Of a DNA stretch of 47,331 nt, positions 17,812 to 26,477 are shown piece after piece. The stretch comes from an uncultured Clostridia bacterium. Its GTDB lineage: Bacteria > Bacillota > Clostridia > TANB77 > CAG-508. The stretch is taken from positions 1-47,331 of the forward strand of contig CANQJG010000002.1 of NCBI GenBank assembly GCA_947624185.1. Direction: 5' to 3'. Both the position numbers and the translations under genes were made by a program. The notes under the pieces are model-generated. The model was not told where the DNA came from. It saw nothing but the letters and a program-made list of their open reading frames with translations, and made no database searches. Position 1 is the first letter of the stretch; the number at the start of each line of letters is the position of its first letter.

Positions 17812-19390
17812 TATATTTTTTCACTACCTTTTCTTTAATTTCCTTTAATACATTTATTGAATTTATAATTTCTAGAGTATCTTTATTATTGGTTAAATAT
17901 GCTGACATTATATTGGCTGATAATTCCATATTAACCAATCTTTCATCTTTATTCCAATAATCAGTATCATGTGCTACATTGCCTGTTATTTTTCCATTTG
18001 TAATTGCTGAAAATATATCTCCCAATGTCATATTATCTTCATATTTACTGCTTTTGAACATTTCTATATATTTATCTTCATCAGTATCAATAACAAATTT
18101 AGCTCTTCTTAATTCATTATTTATATTTAATGATTTTGAAATGTTATTTCTATAGTCTATCATGTGTATTATTTCATGAGTAAAACTTTCTTGTAAATCA
18201 TAATACTTAAAATCAGGATGTTCAGGATTAACTAAAATTTTATCCTTTCCAGTATTATAACACATCACATTGGACATATTATTATCTATTTCTATATTTT
18301 CACTTGTTAAATATTTATTGAATAATTTCTTTGTTTTTTTGTTTAATGTTGTGTCTTTTAATAATGATTTTATTTCTTTGTTTATTTTAGGTATATCAAT
18401 ATTATAATCTGTTTTATCTTCTTTTTCAACTGATGGTAGATAAATAATATAACTCCTGCACCAATGAAATCCATCATTTATAGGCGGACAATTAAGTCCT
18501 ACTATTAATCCATAACATCTATATTTTACTAGGCTGTCATTTGTTTTACTATATCTTTTAAATTCGTTCCAGTCATGAACCGAAAACTCTTGACCATTTA
18601 AGCTAGCACACATTTTAGTAGTATTCTCATCCATAACTGATACAAATTTTACTTTGGCTTTATCTTCAAAACTATAAATTCCTTCTAATTTAGCTTGATT
18701 ATTTATTCCTATTAAAGTCAAATCTACATCTCCTGATATTTTATCTCCATTTATATTAAGCTTAGAATTGTTTTGTCGCTTAATTAAATTTTGATATATA
18801 TCATTTGTTATATCTAACTCTTTTTGTTGCTGTAAATCAATTGTGGCTTGTCTATATATTTGGTCTGCATTATATTTTATAATTGCCTCTATATATTCAT
18901 CCCATATATAGCCTTTTGCGTTAGGTGTTGCTAATAAAGCTAAAAAAATAGCATCAGGTATTGCTGACGTCTTTCTTCTTTTCTTTTTAGGTAATATTTG
19001 ATTAATTTCATCTTGTCCTTGCTGATAGTAATAATTTGCAACATCTTTAAAAGTATTTAGCTCTGTTTCTTCCAGTTTGCTTTGTTCTTCTATATAGGCT
19101 CCATATATAAGCAGTTCTAATATTTCGTTGTTTTTTACTCTTGTTCTTTTATAGATATTGTTTACCATGGTTCCAAAATAGCCTTTTAATAATCCTTTAT
19201 CTCGCCATTCAGATATTTTTATATCTATCATATCTTTTGTTTTTTTAGATGCAATATTATACAACTCTTTAAAACTAAAATTAAATGTATTAAATATAGT
19301 TTGCAATTCTAATTGTTTCTGCTTATCTATTTTATTATATGTCTTTTTAAGTTCAATCATTTTTGAATCATGGTATCGCCAATTATTCAT
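17795..19390 (-). CDS. MuF / SPP1 gp7-family head morphogenesis protein with C-terminal HExxH domain
   Basis: The central part VSVMDENTTKMCASLNGQEFSVHDW fits the Mu F-like motif. The C-terminal 200 aa or so carry FTHEIIHMIDY. Confidence 0.7.
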   Translation of the reverse strand: MNNWRYHDSKMIELKKTYNKIDKQKQLELQTIFNTFNFSFKELYNIASKKTKDMIDIKISEWRDKGLLKGYFGTMVNNIYKRTRVKNNEILELLIYGAYIEEQSKLEETELNTFKDVANYYYQQGQDEINQILPKKKRRKTSAIPDAIFLALLATPNAKGYIWDEYIEAIIKYNADQIYRQATIDLQQQKELDITNDIYQNLIKRQNNSKLNINGDKISGDVDLTLIGINNQAKLEGIYSFEDKAKVKFVSVMDENTTKMCASLNGQEFSVHDWNEFKRYSKTNDSLVKYRCYGLIVGLNCPPINDGFHWCRSYIIYLPSVEKEDKTDYNIDIPKINKEIKSLLKDTTLNKKTKKLFNKYLTSENIEIDNNMSNVMCYNTGKDKILVNPEHPDFKYYDLQESFTHEIIHMIDYRNNISKSLNINNELRRAKFVIDTDEDKYIEMFKSSKYEDNMTLGDIFSAITNGKITGNVAHDTDYWNKDERLVNMELSANIMSAYLTNNKDTLEIINSINVLKEIKEKVVKKYNDYTR

Positions 19391-19399
19391 TTACAACAC

Positions 19400-20998
19400 C
19401 TACTTTTCTTCTTTATCTGTCTTTGTAACTGTGTCTGTTTGCTTTATATTTTCTTGTTTTACTTCATCTTTTCGCTCAAACTTTTGATTAGGATTATCCT
19501 GGTCTGTATTTAAGGCAACATTGCTTACGTCTTGTCCCATTTTAGCCATATTTTGAACATTCTTTTCTATGTTTTCTTGATTCTGTTTATCTACTTTTTC
19601 TAGTTCTGAAATTGCATCTAAATCATCCGGAAGCATATCTATTACACTTTCATCACTTAATAGCCCTCTTAATTTTAATGCTCTATCTGTTTCTGTTCCT
19701 TTGTCCGTTGGTAAATTTCTTAATAAATCTATTTTTATACTTCTAAAATCATAATTTTTATGTTTTCTTTTATTAATTCTATCTATAATTGTTTCCCATC
19801 TTCTTAAAAAAGCTTTTTTGAATTGTTTATCTGCTTGCGTTATCATTTGTTCTAATGCAAAGAATTTTCTATCCAATGCACTTGCATTGTCTGCTGTAGT
19901 AAATCCTAAATCTGTTATATTAGGCACTCCACTTATCATAGCAATTAAATCAATCAATGTCTTTTTATGATTTTGTAGAGCAGTATCTTGCACTGTTTTT
20001 TCTACCCATGCTATATCTCCACTGTTATCCGGGGTATAGAAAACTTTTGCTTTTAATAATGTTTCATCAAATTGTTTTCTTAAAGGATTTTCTATCATTT
20101 TTGGATTTCCTTTTTCATCTACTGCAGGTGTACCTTTTTCGTCAACTTCTTGAATTAGAGAGTCCTCATCAGGTTCAAATCCTGTTATTTTTAATTTAGC
20201 ATCATCATTATATTGAAACGTATTTCTACTATTCTGTATTACCCTTTCATAAGCACAAATTAAAGAGACTACCAATTCAAAAATTGATAATCCCATTTCA
20301 TTTTCTATTGCTATACAAGGTAGCATATTCCATTTTCCTTCTTCTTCTCTTTCAGTAAGTTCTTTCATTTTTGCCTTAGGAGTTGGAGAATAATATTTTT
20401 TTCCATTTATTGTTGTAAGTTCTACTATAGTTATATCTGAATTATTTTTATCTTTTTCTGTCCACTTTCTTAATTGTCCTATTTGATTCACTGGAGTAGA
20501 ATAATCAAAAATTCCTATGGTATTTAAAGCACTTTGTTTTGCATATACAATTTCATTGTCATCATTTTCATAAAGTACTTCATAACAAGCCCTCATACCA
20601 AAATAATCAAAAGCTAAATCAAAAAATTCTGTTGCATCATCATTATATTTACTTATATAATCTATTAATACTTTTAGTTCTTCGTCTTGTTTAGCATCTA
20701 ATTTAAATATTTTGTTTAATAATTTTTTTATAATTTTTAACTTATCAGGATCAGATATTTTTTCGATATCATATACAGGTGCCTTTCCTGCAAAGTATCC
20801 TGTTGTCATTGCAGTAATGTAATTTTCAAATCCAACTTTTATATTTTCATCATTTTCACTAACTATTTCAGAATTAGATACTTTTCTTCTTATTCTTTCA
20901 TAAAGTTTTTTTCTATTATTCCATTCCGTATCTGCTAGTGATAACATTTGTGCAACACTATCAGGATTTTCTAATGTTTCTTTGTTCCATTGTATCAT
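19400..20998 (-). CDS. portal protein
   Basis: 532 aa, located between terL and MuF, with an acidic C-terminal tail. Confidence 0.75.
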   Translation of the reverse strand: MIQWNKETLENPDSVAQMLSLADTEWNNRKKLYERIRRKVSNSEIVSENDENIKVGFENYITAMTTGYFAGKAPVYDIEKISDPDKLKIIKKLLNKIFKLDAKQDEELKVLIDYISKYNDDATEFFDLAFDYFGMRACYEVLYENDDNEIVYAKQSALNTIGIFDYSTPVNQIGQLRKWTEKDKNNSDITIVELTTINGKKYYSPTPKAKMKELTEREEEGKWNMLPCIAIENEMGLSIFELVVSLICAYERVIQNSRNTFQYNDDAKLKITGFEPDEDSLIQEVDEKGTPAVDEKGNPKMIENPLRKQFDETLLKAKVFYTPDNSGDIAWVEKTVQDTALQNHKKTLIDLIAMISGVPNITDLGFTTADNASALDRKFFALEQMITQADKQFKKAFLRRWETIIDRINKRKHKNYDFRSIKIDLLRNLPTDKGTETDRALKLRGLLSDESVIDMLPDDLDAISELEKVDKQNQENIEKNVQNMAKMGQDVSNVALNTDQDNPNQKFERKDEVKQENIKQTDTVTKTDKEEK

Positions 20999-21009
20999 TA
21001 TATTTCCTC

Positions 21010-22300
21010 CTAAATTATCTTGTTATATCCAAAACTAATGGTCTTTTTATTTATAAATCTTTCCACTGCATATCTCATAGCATCCATCAAATGATTAAAA
21101 TCATCTATTGGTTTATTAATTTTGTTTCCAAATTTATCTTCATCCCAAGTATAATTACTTATTTCTGTTATAAAATTTACACATCTAGGATGGATGATTA
21201 TTTCAAAATCTTGTATAAATTGTATTCCATTATTTATACTGTCTTTTCCTTTTACTGCACTTGTTATTCTTCTTAATCCTAATCCTTGTAACTCATCTAT
21301 TGACTTTGGCTCTGCACAATCTGCAGTTATTTTTTCTTTTGAATATCCCATTTGATTTACTTTTTCATATATTATTTTATTACTCATTCCTTTTTGATAC
21401 ATTTCATCAAATACATATATCTTTTTATTTTTCAAATCTATTGCACCGCAAAAAAGTGCTGTTGGGTCATTTGTATATCCAAAATCTAACCCAAAAGCAC
21501 TTTCTAGATTCCTTATTATATCTAAATCAAACTTTTCTTCTTTCCAGTTTTCATATATTAATCCTTCGACAATTCCCCAATTACCCAAACCTGCAACTTG
21601 ATATCTTCTAGGATTATTTATTTTCATCCTGTCAAATACTTTCTTGTCTGCTTCATCTAACCACTCATTACACATATAATTAGTAGTTATAGCAAATATA
21701 TCATCATCTTTTATATCATAGAATCTATGCTTTAACCAATGATGCTCATTCCACGGATTAAATGTTAATGTTATTTGCTTAAATAGTCCTTCGGGAACTT
21801 CTCCGTCTTATGCTTTCATCTATGATGTCAAAGTCTGATTCTTTTGTTATTTCATAAGCTTCTTCTATCCATAACCAACATAACACACCTACTTCTACTG
21901 TTATTGATGTTATTTTTAATGGATCATCTAAACCTCTAAAGAATATTTTTTGTCCTGTTGGCTTATACTTCATTTCTAATGGACTTTCTTTTATTTCCCA
22001 AAACTCATCTACTTGTAATCTATGTATTGCCCATTTTAATTCTGCAAAACAACTATCTTTCAAAGTTCTATATGTTTTTCTTATTACAAGAGTATTTGCT
22101 TTATCATATTTCATCATATTTGCTATTATCCATAAAGCTGTGGTCTTTGACTTCTTACTTGCTCTTGAACCTTTACACACTCTATATCTGCATTTACAAT
22201 GCCAATATTCTGCATATCCTTTTCCTACAATACTTTGTAATGATAATCTATTTACTTGCTTTTGTTGTTCTTTTGCTAATATTTTACTCTGTAATATCAT
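21010..22300 (-). CDS. terL: terminase large subunit (PBSX/Terminase_3-like), encoded in two frames
   Basis: Part 1 is 22300..21806 (...CWLWIEEAYE...DESIR). Part 2 in the +1 frame is 21804..21010 (GEVPEGLFKQITLTFNPWNEHHWL...). Together they give about 429 aa, but only if the C at 21805 is skipped. Confidence 0.8.
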
Positions 22301-22679
22301 CTTGTATTACCACTGGAATGCTTCCACTATGCTCCACTTTTTCTTTAAATGTTCCCCATCTTTTGCCTAACAATTCTGCACATTTGGTTCTCTCTTGTAA
22401 TGATGCATCTAATCCAAATTGGTCTTTTTCCTCTCCTCTCATTACAGCAGTTAAATATTGTAATACTTCTTCCTGTGAGGCTATTCTTTTATCTTCTTTT
22501 TCTTGTAGTTTTGCTTGAATAAAAGTGTCAAGTTTTGTAAGGTTTTCATTTCCAATACTTCTTGCTGTCTTCTTACTATATCCTGCTCTTCTTGCACTTT
22601 CTGTTGCATTGGCAGTTTCAATATAGTAATCTATAAATCTTTTCTGTTTTTCTGTTAGAACTTTATTCACTTGCCTCAC
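22284..22679 (-). CDS. terS: terminase small subunit (Terminase_2-like)
   Basis: LTEKQKRFIDYYIETANATESARRAGYSKKTARSIGNENL signature. The ORF overlaps the terL start. Confidence 0.75.
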   Translation of the reverse strand: MRQVNKVLTEKQKRFIDYYIETANATESARRAGYSKKTARSIGNENLTKLDTFIQAKLQEKEDKRIASQEEVLQYLTAVMRGEEKDQFGLDASLQERTKCAELLGKRWGTFKEKVEHSGSIPVVIQDDITE

Positions 22680-22944
22680 TTCCTATCTTCTTATATTCCC
22701 CTGCTAAATACTTCATTAAATCTATTTTGCTATAACATTCATAATCTTGTTTATATCTTTCAACTAATTCTATTTTATCTTCTTTTATATTATAGATTTC
22801 TTCAAATATTCTTTTTAATACTTGATATTTGATACTATATTTTTCTTTCTTTTCTGAATAAAATTGAAAGCTATTTATTTTATATAATTGTTCTTTTTGT
22901 TTTAATGCGTATAATAATTTATTTATGTTTTGATTTATATTCAT
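22663..22944 (-). CDS. hypothetical protein, first ORF of the packaging operon
   Basis: 93 aa, with AAAAAGGAAG upstream of the ATG. Confidence 0.55.
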   Translation of the reverse strand: MNINQNINKLLYALKQKEQLYKINSFQFYSEKKEKYSIKYQVLKRIFEEIYNIKEDKIELVERYKQDYECYSKIDLMKYLAGEYKKIGSEASE

Positions 22945-22959
22945 TTTTACTTCCTTTTT

Positions 22960-23670
22960 TATAAGACACTATGTAAGATATATTGGATTTATCAAGCTAG
23001 CTTCACTTGATTTATAAGGCATCTTGAGAACTTTAATAATCTAATCCTTCTGAAATATTAAAGAAACCATAACCCCAACTATTTTTATATATCCTACATA
23101 CTACCTTATAATTAAACAAATATATTATTAGAGTTTCCCCTTACAAACTATTACCTACTTAATTGTTCAACCACTGTGAGAACAAGTCTGAGCATATAGT
23201 AGCGACCCATACACTTCTTGCCCCTTTCTAGCACATACAAGATTGATTACTTGTAAATTTCACTCATCATTCAGATAATTTGTCTTTTTGTATTAATGCC
23301 TAATACATCAAAATGTTTTACTGTACTTATCTCGTTTGAGCTACTTTAACCTAGTTATGTCTTATAGGCACTTTTCAGTACCTTCACGAGAAATAGTCTT
23401 ATTTAGCATTACCTACATTGCTTCATTGTAGCTAACAATGAGATATAGGCTTATTGACTACTAGTCCGTCTATTGCGACTACGACAACTCTAGTGTTTTA
23501 TTAAGCGATAATATTTGCACATTACCCATTATTGATTTTTACATCTTCTCTACATATATTGCTATATATAGAAAGCAACCTTCCAAAAGTATCCTTATGG
23601 CTGACTACTTATCGGGTAATTCCAAGCCGTATGATCTTACGGTTTAGCACTTGGGTAATAATATATTTAA
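22960..23670 (-). ncRNA. candidate large structured RNA, part downstream of the tRNA-like element
   Basis: No credible ORF on either strand. Two hand-counted 60-nt lines give 38-42% G+C, against about 20% in a nearby coding line. Nested hairpins are present, for example CCAAG-CCGTA-tgatct-TACGG-tttagca-CTTGG (23622-23654) and ATCAAG/CTTGAT (22991-23011). Strand is inferred from context. Confidence 0.45.
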
Positions 23671-23745
23671 TGGTGGAAACATTAGGACTTGAACCTACAT
23701 CTCTTGCTTATAAGCAAGTACTCTAACCAATTGAGCTATATTTCC
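23671..23745 (-). tRNA. tRNA-like gene with aberrant anticodon arm (undetermined or pseudo)
   Basis: GGAAATA/TGTTTCC acceptor stem, D arm GCTC-AATTGGTTA-GAGT, T arm with GGTTCAAGTCC, encoded CCA. The anticodon arm is the perfect palindrome CTTGCTTATAAGCAAG, leaving at most 6 loop nt (UUAUAA). Confidence 0.65.
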
Positions 23746-24084
23746 ATATAACAGAAAATGTATACTAAACTCTTAGTCAATCGGACACTAAGCCGTCCGT
23801 TTTAGTCATACATTTCCAGGAACCTTTTCTACTTCTTGGTAGATAGGTAATTTGTGTTAGAATAAGATTTGCACTTATTATGACAATAACATACTATTAC
23901 TGGCATTACGAACTCACCTTCCCTTTATCAGAGGGCTGTTATTATCTACTCTGCGTCTACTATTAAGTAGGCTTATTATTCCATACTTTTTACCAAACTA
24001 AAGCTTTAGCTTGTCTATTCCGCCACTAACACATATATTTCACAGCTCTTTAACTATATTTACATAGTTAGTAACTGTTGAAAA
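23746..24084 (-). ncRNA. candidate structured RNA, part upstream of the tRNA-like element
   Basis: ORF-free with raised G+C. Hairpins include CGGAC-actaagcc-GTCCG (23782-23799) and CCCT-ttatcag-AGGG. Confidence 0.35.
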
Positions 24085-24255
24085 CTAATTTTCTTTTGTT
24101 TTCTTACAAAATTCTGAGCATTTGTAATTTATACAATCTGCTTCATTTTTTATATTTAATGTTATATTACATTCTTCATACCCTTTATCCACATAATGTA
24201 CACATTTTGGGCATATCTTTTCTTTATATTTATTTATTATTTCTTCTGTACTCAT
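24085..24255 (-). CDS. small Cys-rich protein (56 aa, absent from the ORF track)
   Basis: TAAAGGAGAAAAAAT precedes the ATG at 24255. Sequence MSTEEIINKYKEKICPKCVHYVDKGYEECNITLNIKNEADCINYKCSEFCKKTKEN, with six Cys including CxxC. Confidence 0.5.
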   Translation of the reverse strand: MSTEEIINKYKEKICPKCVHYVDKGYEECNITLNIKNEADCINYKCSEFCKKTKEN

Positions 24256-24665
24256 ATTTTTTCTCCTTTAGACAAAAATTAAAAGCCTATCATAAGATAG
24301 ACTTATAAATTTATTATTTATTTTTTTACAATTGTAATTAAAAAACTAATTGCAGACATCCAAAATGAAAAGTAATTATATACTTCTCTATACTTTTTCA
24401 TATGTTTTTCTAATCTTTCTAGCCAACTTTTCTTTCGTGTTACTCCTATGAATTTCCACTTCCTATATCATCACCTCCTTTTTTAATGAATTTTAGAGGT
24501 AATGACAGCTTTACTAAATAAGTATTCCTATAGATTTCTCCTTTGCAAAAAATTATATATTATTTGGGACTGTTTTTATTATAACACATTATATCATATA
24601 TTTTCGCAAAATTTGTTTTATGTATACCAAAAAGAAAAATATTTATTATTTTGTCGAATAAAATA

Positions 24666-24694
24666 TTGACTTATTTTCCATTTTTTGATACTTT
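24666..24694 (+). promoter_or_regulatory. candidate promoter of the plus-strand small membrane protein cassette
   Basis: TTGACT, a 17-nt spacer ending in TGa, then TACTTT. Confidence 0.4.
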
Positions 24695-24725
24695 ATAATT
24701 AATTATTTAATTTAGTCACTTCTTT

Positions 24726-24807
24726 ATATGTGTAGGTGTAATAATCAGCAGTATAAATGCTGATTATTGTAGCAGTTATATACTGCTGATAAACTGCACC
24801 TACATAT
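24726..24807 (+). promoter_or_regulatory. structured 5' leader (three-helix junction with an alternative 12-bp helix)
   Basis: P1 is TGTAGGTG (24731-38) with CACCTACA (24797-804). P2 is AATAATCAGCA (24740-50) with TGCTGATTATT (24758-68). P3 is AGCAGT (24771-76) with ACTGCT (24782-87). The competing helix is ATCAGCAGTATA (24744-55) with TATACTGCTGAT (24779-90). Confidence 0.5.
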
Positions 24808-24844
24808 TGCAGTTTAATTATTACATAGAGAGGAGGTGAACAAA

Positions 24845-25021
24845 TTGGAGACATCTATGTTGTTAGCAATTCGACTTCTTGGTATTGCTTTAATTATTTT
24901 AATTATTGGAATAGTTGTATGTTTGCTAGCTAGTTTAGGCTATAATACATATATACGATATAAAACCAACAATAAAAAAATTGAAGTTCACGCCAAGAAC
25001 TCCAATTCAAAAATTAAATAA
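24845..25021 (+). CDS. small hydrophobic membrane protein (58 aa), type I toxin-like or exclusion-like
   Basis: TTG at 24845 lies 8 nt after AGGAGG (24831-36). Sequence LETSMLLAIRLLGIALIILIIGIVVCLLASLGYNTYIRYKTNNKK... It runs opposite to the flanking phage genes and has its own terminator. Confidence 0.6.
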   Translation: METSMLLAIRLLGIALIILIIGIVVCLLASLGYNTYIRYKTNNKKIEVHAKNSNSKIK

Positions 25022-25027
25022 GATCTG

Positions 25028-25061
25028 TGACAAGGACTTTGTTCCTTGTCATATTTTTTTT
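25028..25061 (+). terminator. intrinsic terminator
   Basis: TGACAAGGA-ctttgt-TCCTTGTCA followed by T8. Confidence 0.75.
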
Positions 25062-25430
25062 ATTTAAATAATGGAATAGGTTAGGACTTATGTCCTGACA
25101 TTATTTATTTCTTCTGTATATTTTATACATTTAATCTTCTTGTTTGTCAAAAACAATTACATTACAATTTCATTTCATTTTCTTGTATAAAATGTAACTA
25201 GATTGCAATATTTGTATTAGTATTATATACGACTTTATTAGAAATTTCAATAATTTCTATATAAATTTTATATAATAATTATATAATAATTATGTAAATT
25301 TGTCAAATTTAATACTCATAACTAGAATTGAGCTACATAATTAGGAAGCACTATAGACAATTCTACGCGTCATCAAATAATTAGCAAACCAATATAATTT
25401 ATCTAGTATCATTATATTTAGCCTTCTAGT

Positions 25431-25468
25431 CAAAATAAAAGAATTATCTATGATGCTTAGATAATTCT
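25431..25468 (-). terminator. intrinsic terminator downstream of the late activator gene
   Basis: Minus strand reads AGAATTATCTA-agcatca-TAGATAATTCT followed by TTTATTTT. Confidence 0.6.
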
Positions 25469-25562
25469 TCAGGAATATTCACAATTCTAGTCATCTCGGG
25501 ATTACCCACACACATTAGTATGAGTGATGACTTTTTGACTTACTAACATTTTAACATATTTC

Positions 25563-25580
25563 AACCGGACAAACCGGACA
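25563..25580. repeat. 9-bp tandem direct repeat AACCGGACA x2
   Basis: Perfect tandem copies right after the stop of the 25584..26030 ORF, forming a local GC-rich patch. Confidence 0.7.
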
Positions 25581-25583
25581 CTT

Positions 25584-26030
25584 TTAAAAATTTTTTAAAA
25601 ATCTTTTTAATTTTTTTCTAATTCCTTCTTCTGTATATTCTTTTTTGCTTAATTTATTCATTTTATGTGCTATTTGTATGTAACTTAAATTGTCTTCATA
25701 TTTATATCTTATAATCTGTTTAATCTCACTATCATCTATTTTATTTAATTCATACTCTAGCTCATTTATTAATTTATCTAACTTTTGTATTTTTGATTTG
25801 ATTTGCTTTTTATATGTGTTCCTTGTCTTTCTATTCCTTATGTATCTATAATTGTTGTATCCCTCAACTTTAATAGTATGTTGTATATATGGATATTCTT
25901 TTGAACTAGCTTGCACACTATCTACTGTTGTTGGTATTCTTTCTCTTTCTAAGCTCTTTATCCTGTTTTCTAAATCATGTTTTTCTGCTTTAATAGAATC
26001 TATTTGTTCTAATAAAGTTCTCATTTGCAC
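25584..26030 (-). CDS. late-gene transcriptional activator (DUF1492 / RinA-ArpU superfamily-like, sigma region-4-type HTH)
   Basis: N-terminal coiled coil. The C-terminus SEIKQIIRYKYEDNLSYIQIAHKMN...GIRKKLKRFLK resembles a region-4 HTH. It is the last early-side gene before the packaging region. Confidence 0.55.
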   Translation of the reverse strand: MQMRTLLEQIDSIKAEKHDLENRIKSLERERIPTTVDSVQASSKEYPYIQHTIKVEGYNNYRYIRNRKTRNTYKKQIKSKIQKLDKLINELEYELNKIDDSEIKQIIRYKYEDNLSYIQIAHKMNKLSKKEYTEEGIRKKLKRFLKNF

Positions 26031-26281
26031 CTCCTATTTCTTATACTTTTATATCTTAAATAGTCACTAATCAGTCCTTGAGTGCCGATATATTCTATTA
26101 AGGTTTTATTCTTTTCTTGTAAATTATTTAATTCTTGGAGAACTATGTTTATAGCTTTTGCTATTTTTTTAGTATCTTCAAATTCGGAATTATCTAAATC
26201 GCCGTATATATTATATTCTTTTTCTATATTCTTTAAATGTATAATTGCATCTTCTAATTTCATTTTATCATTTTTAATCAC
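26021..26281 (-). CDS. hypothetical early protein (paralogue of 26478..26879)
   Basis: 86 aa. KLEDAIIHLKNI...AKAINIVLQELNNLQEKNKTL parallels ELEEAIKTIKNI...IQAIETVLQALKKLQDDNYKL. Confidence 0.55.
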   Translation of the reverse strand: MIKNDKMKLEDAIIHLKNIEKEYNIYGDLDNSEFEDTKKIAKAINIVLQELNNLQEKNKTLIEYIGTQGLISDYLRYKSIRNRRCK

Positions 26282-26476
26282 TTATTTATCCTCCAAACTA
26301 TCTATAAATTCATCCAATATATTACTATGTTTATTTTGCATAAATTCCCACAGTTCACTATAAGCTTTTGTTAATGTTCTCATACTTTCTTTTAATTTTT
26401 CATTATTATAATTATAAATATGATATTTTCTTGCAACAAAATCTTCTTGTATTTGTATTGCTTCTGATACTTTCAA
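26282..26476 (-). CDS. hypothetical early protein
   Basis: 64-aa ORF tightly packed in the operon. Confidence 0.5.
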   Translation of the reverse strand: MKVSEAIQIQEDFVARKYHIYNYNNEKLKESMRTLTKAYSELWEFMQNKHSNILDEFIDSLEDK

Positions 26477-26477
26477 T

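Noticed and set aside
21958-22518. Plus-strand ORFs antisense to terL/terS (also 21261..21611 and 22140..22370)
   Set aside because: They are hydrophobic and low-complexity, lack an RBS and lie opposite clearly homologous terminase genes.
23532-23726. 64-aa plus-strand ORF, and 24078..24308 (76 aa)
   Set aside because: The first runs through the tRNA-like gene and structured RNA with no RBS. The second is antisense to the RBS-supported 56-aa Cys-rich ORF.
24300-24480. Tiny minus-strand ORFs (23-aa GTG-start and 27-aa MKKYREVYNYFSFWMSAISFLITIVKK) after a strong AAGGAGGTGA
   Set aside because: The strong RBS is followed by ATG ATA TAG. The longer peptides have poor RBS spacing. They are too short to support without expression data.
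24726-24807. Possible purine-type riboswitch, suggested by the three-helix junction
   Set aside because: The junction strands are only 1-2 nt long and none of the conserved purine-riboswitch junction or loop sequences I remember are present. I kept it only as an unclassified structured leader.
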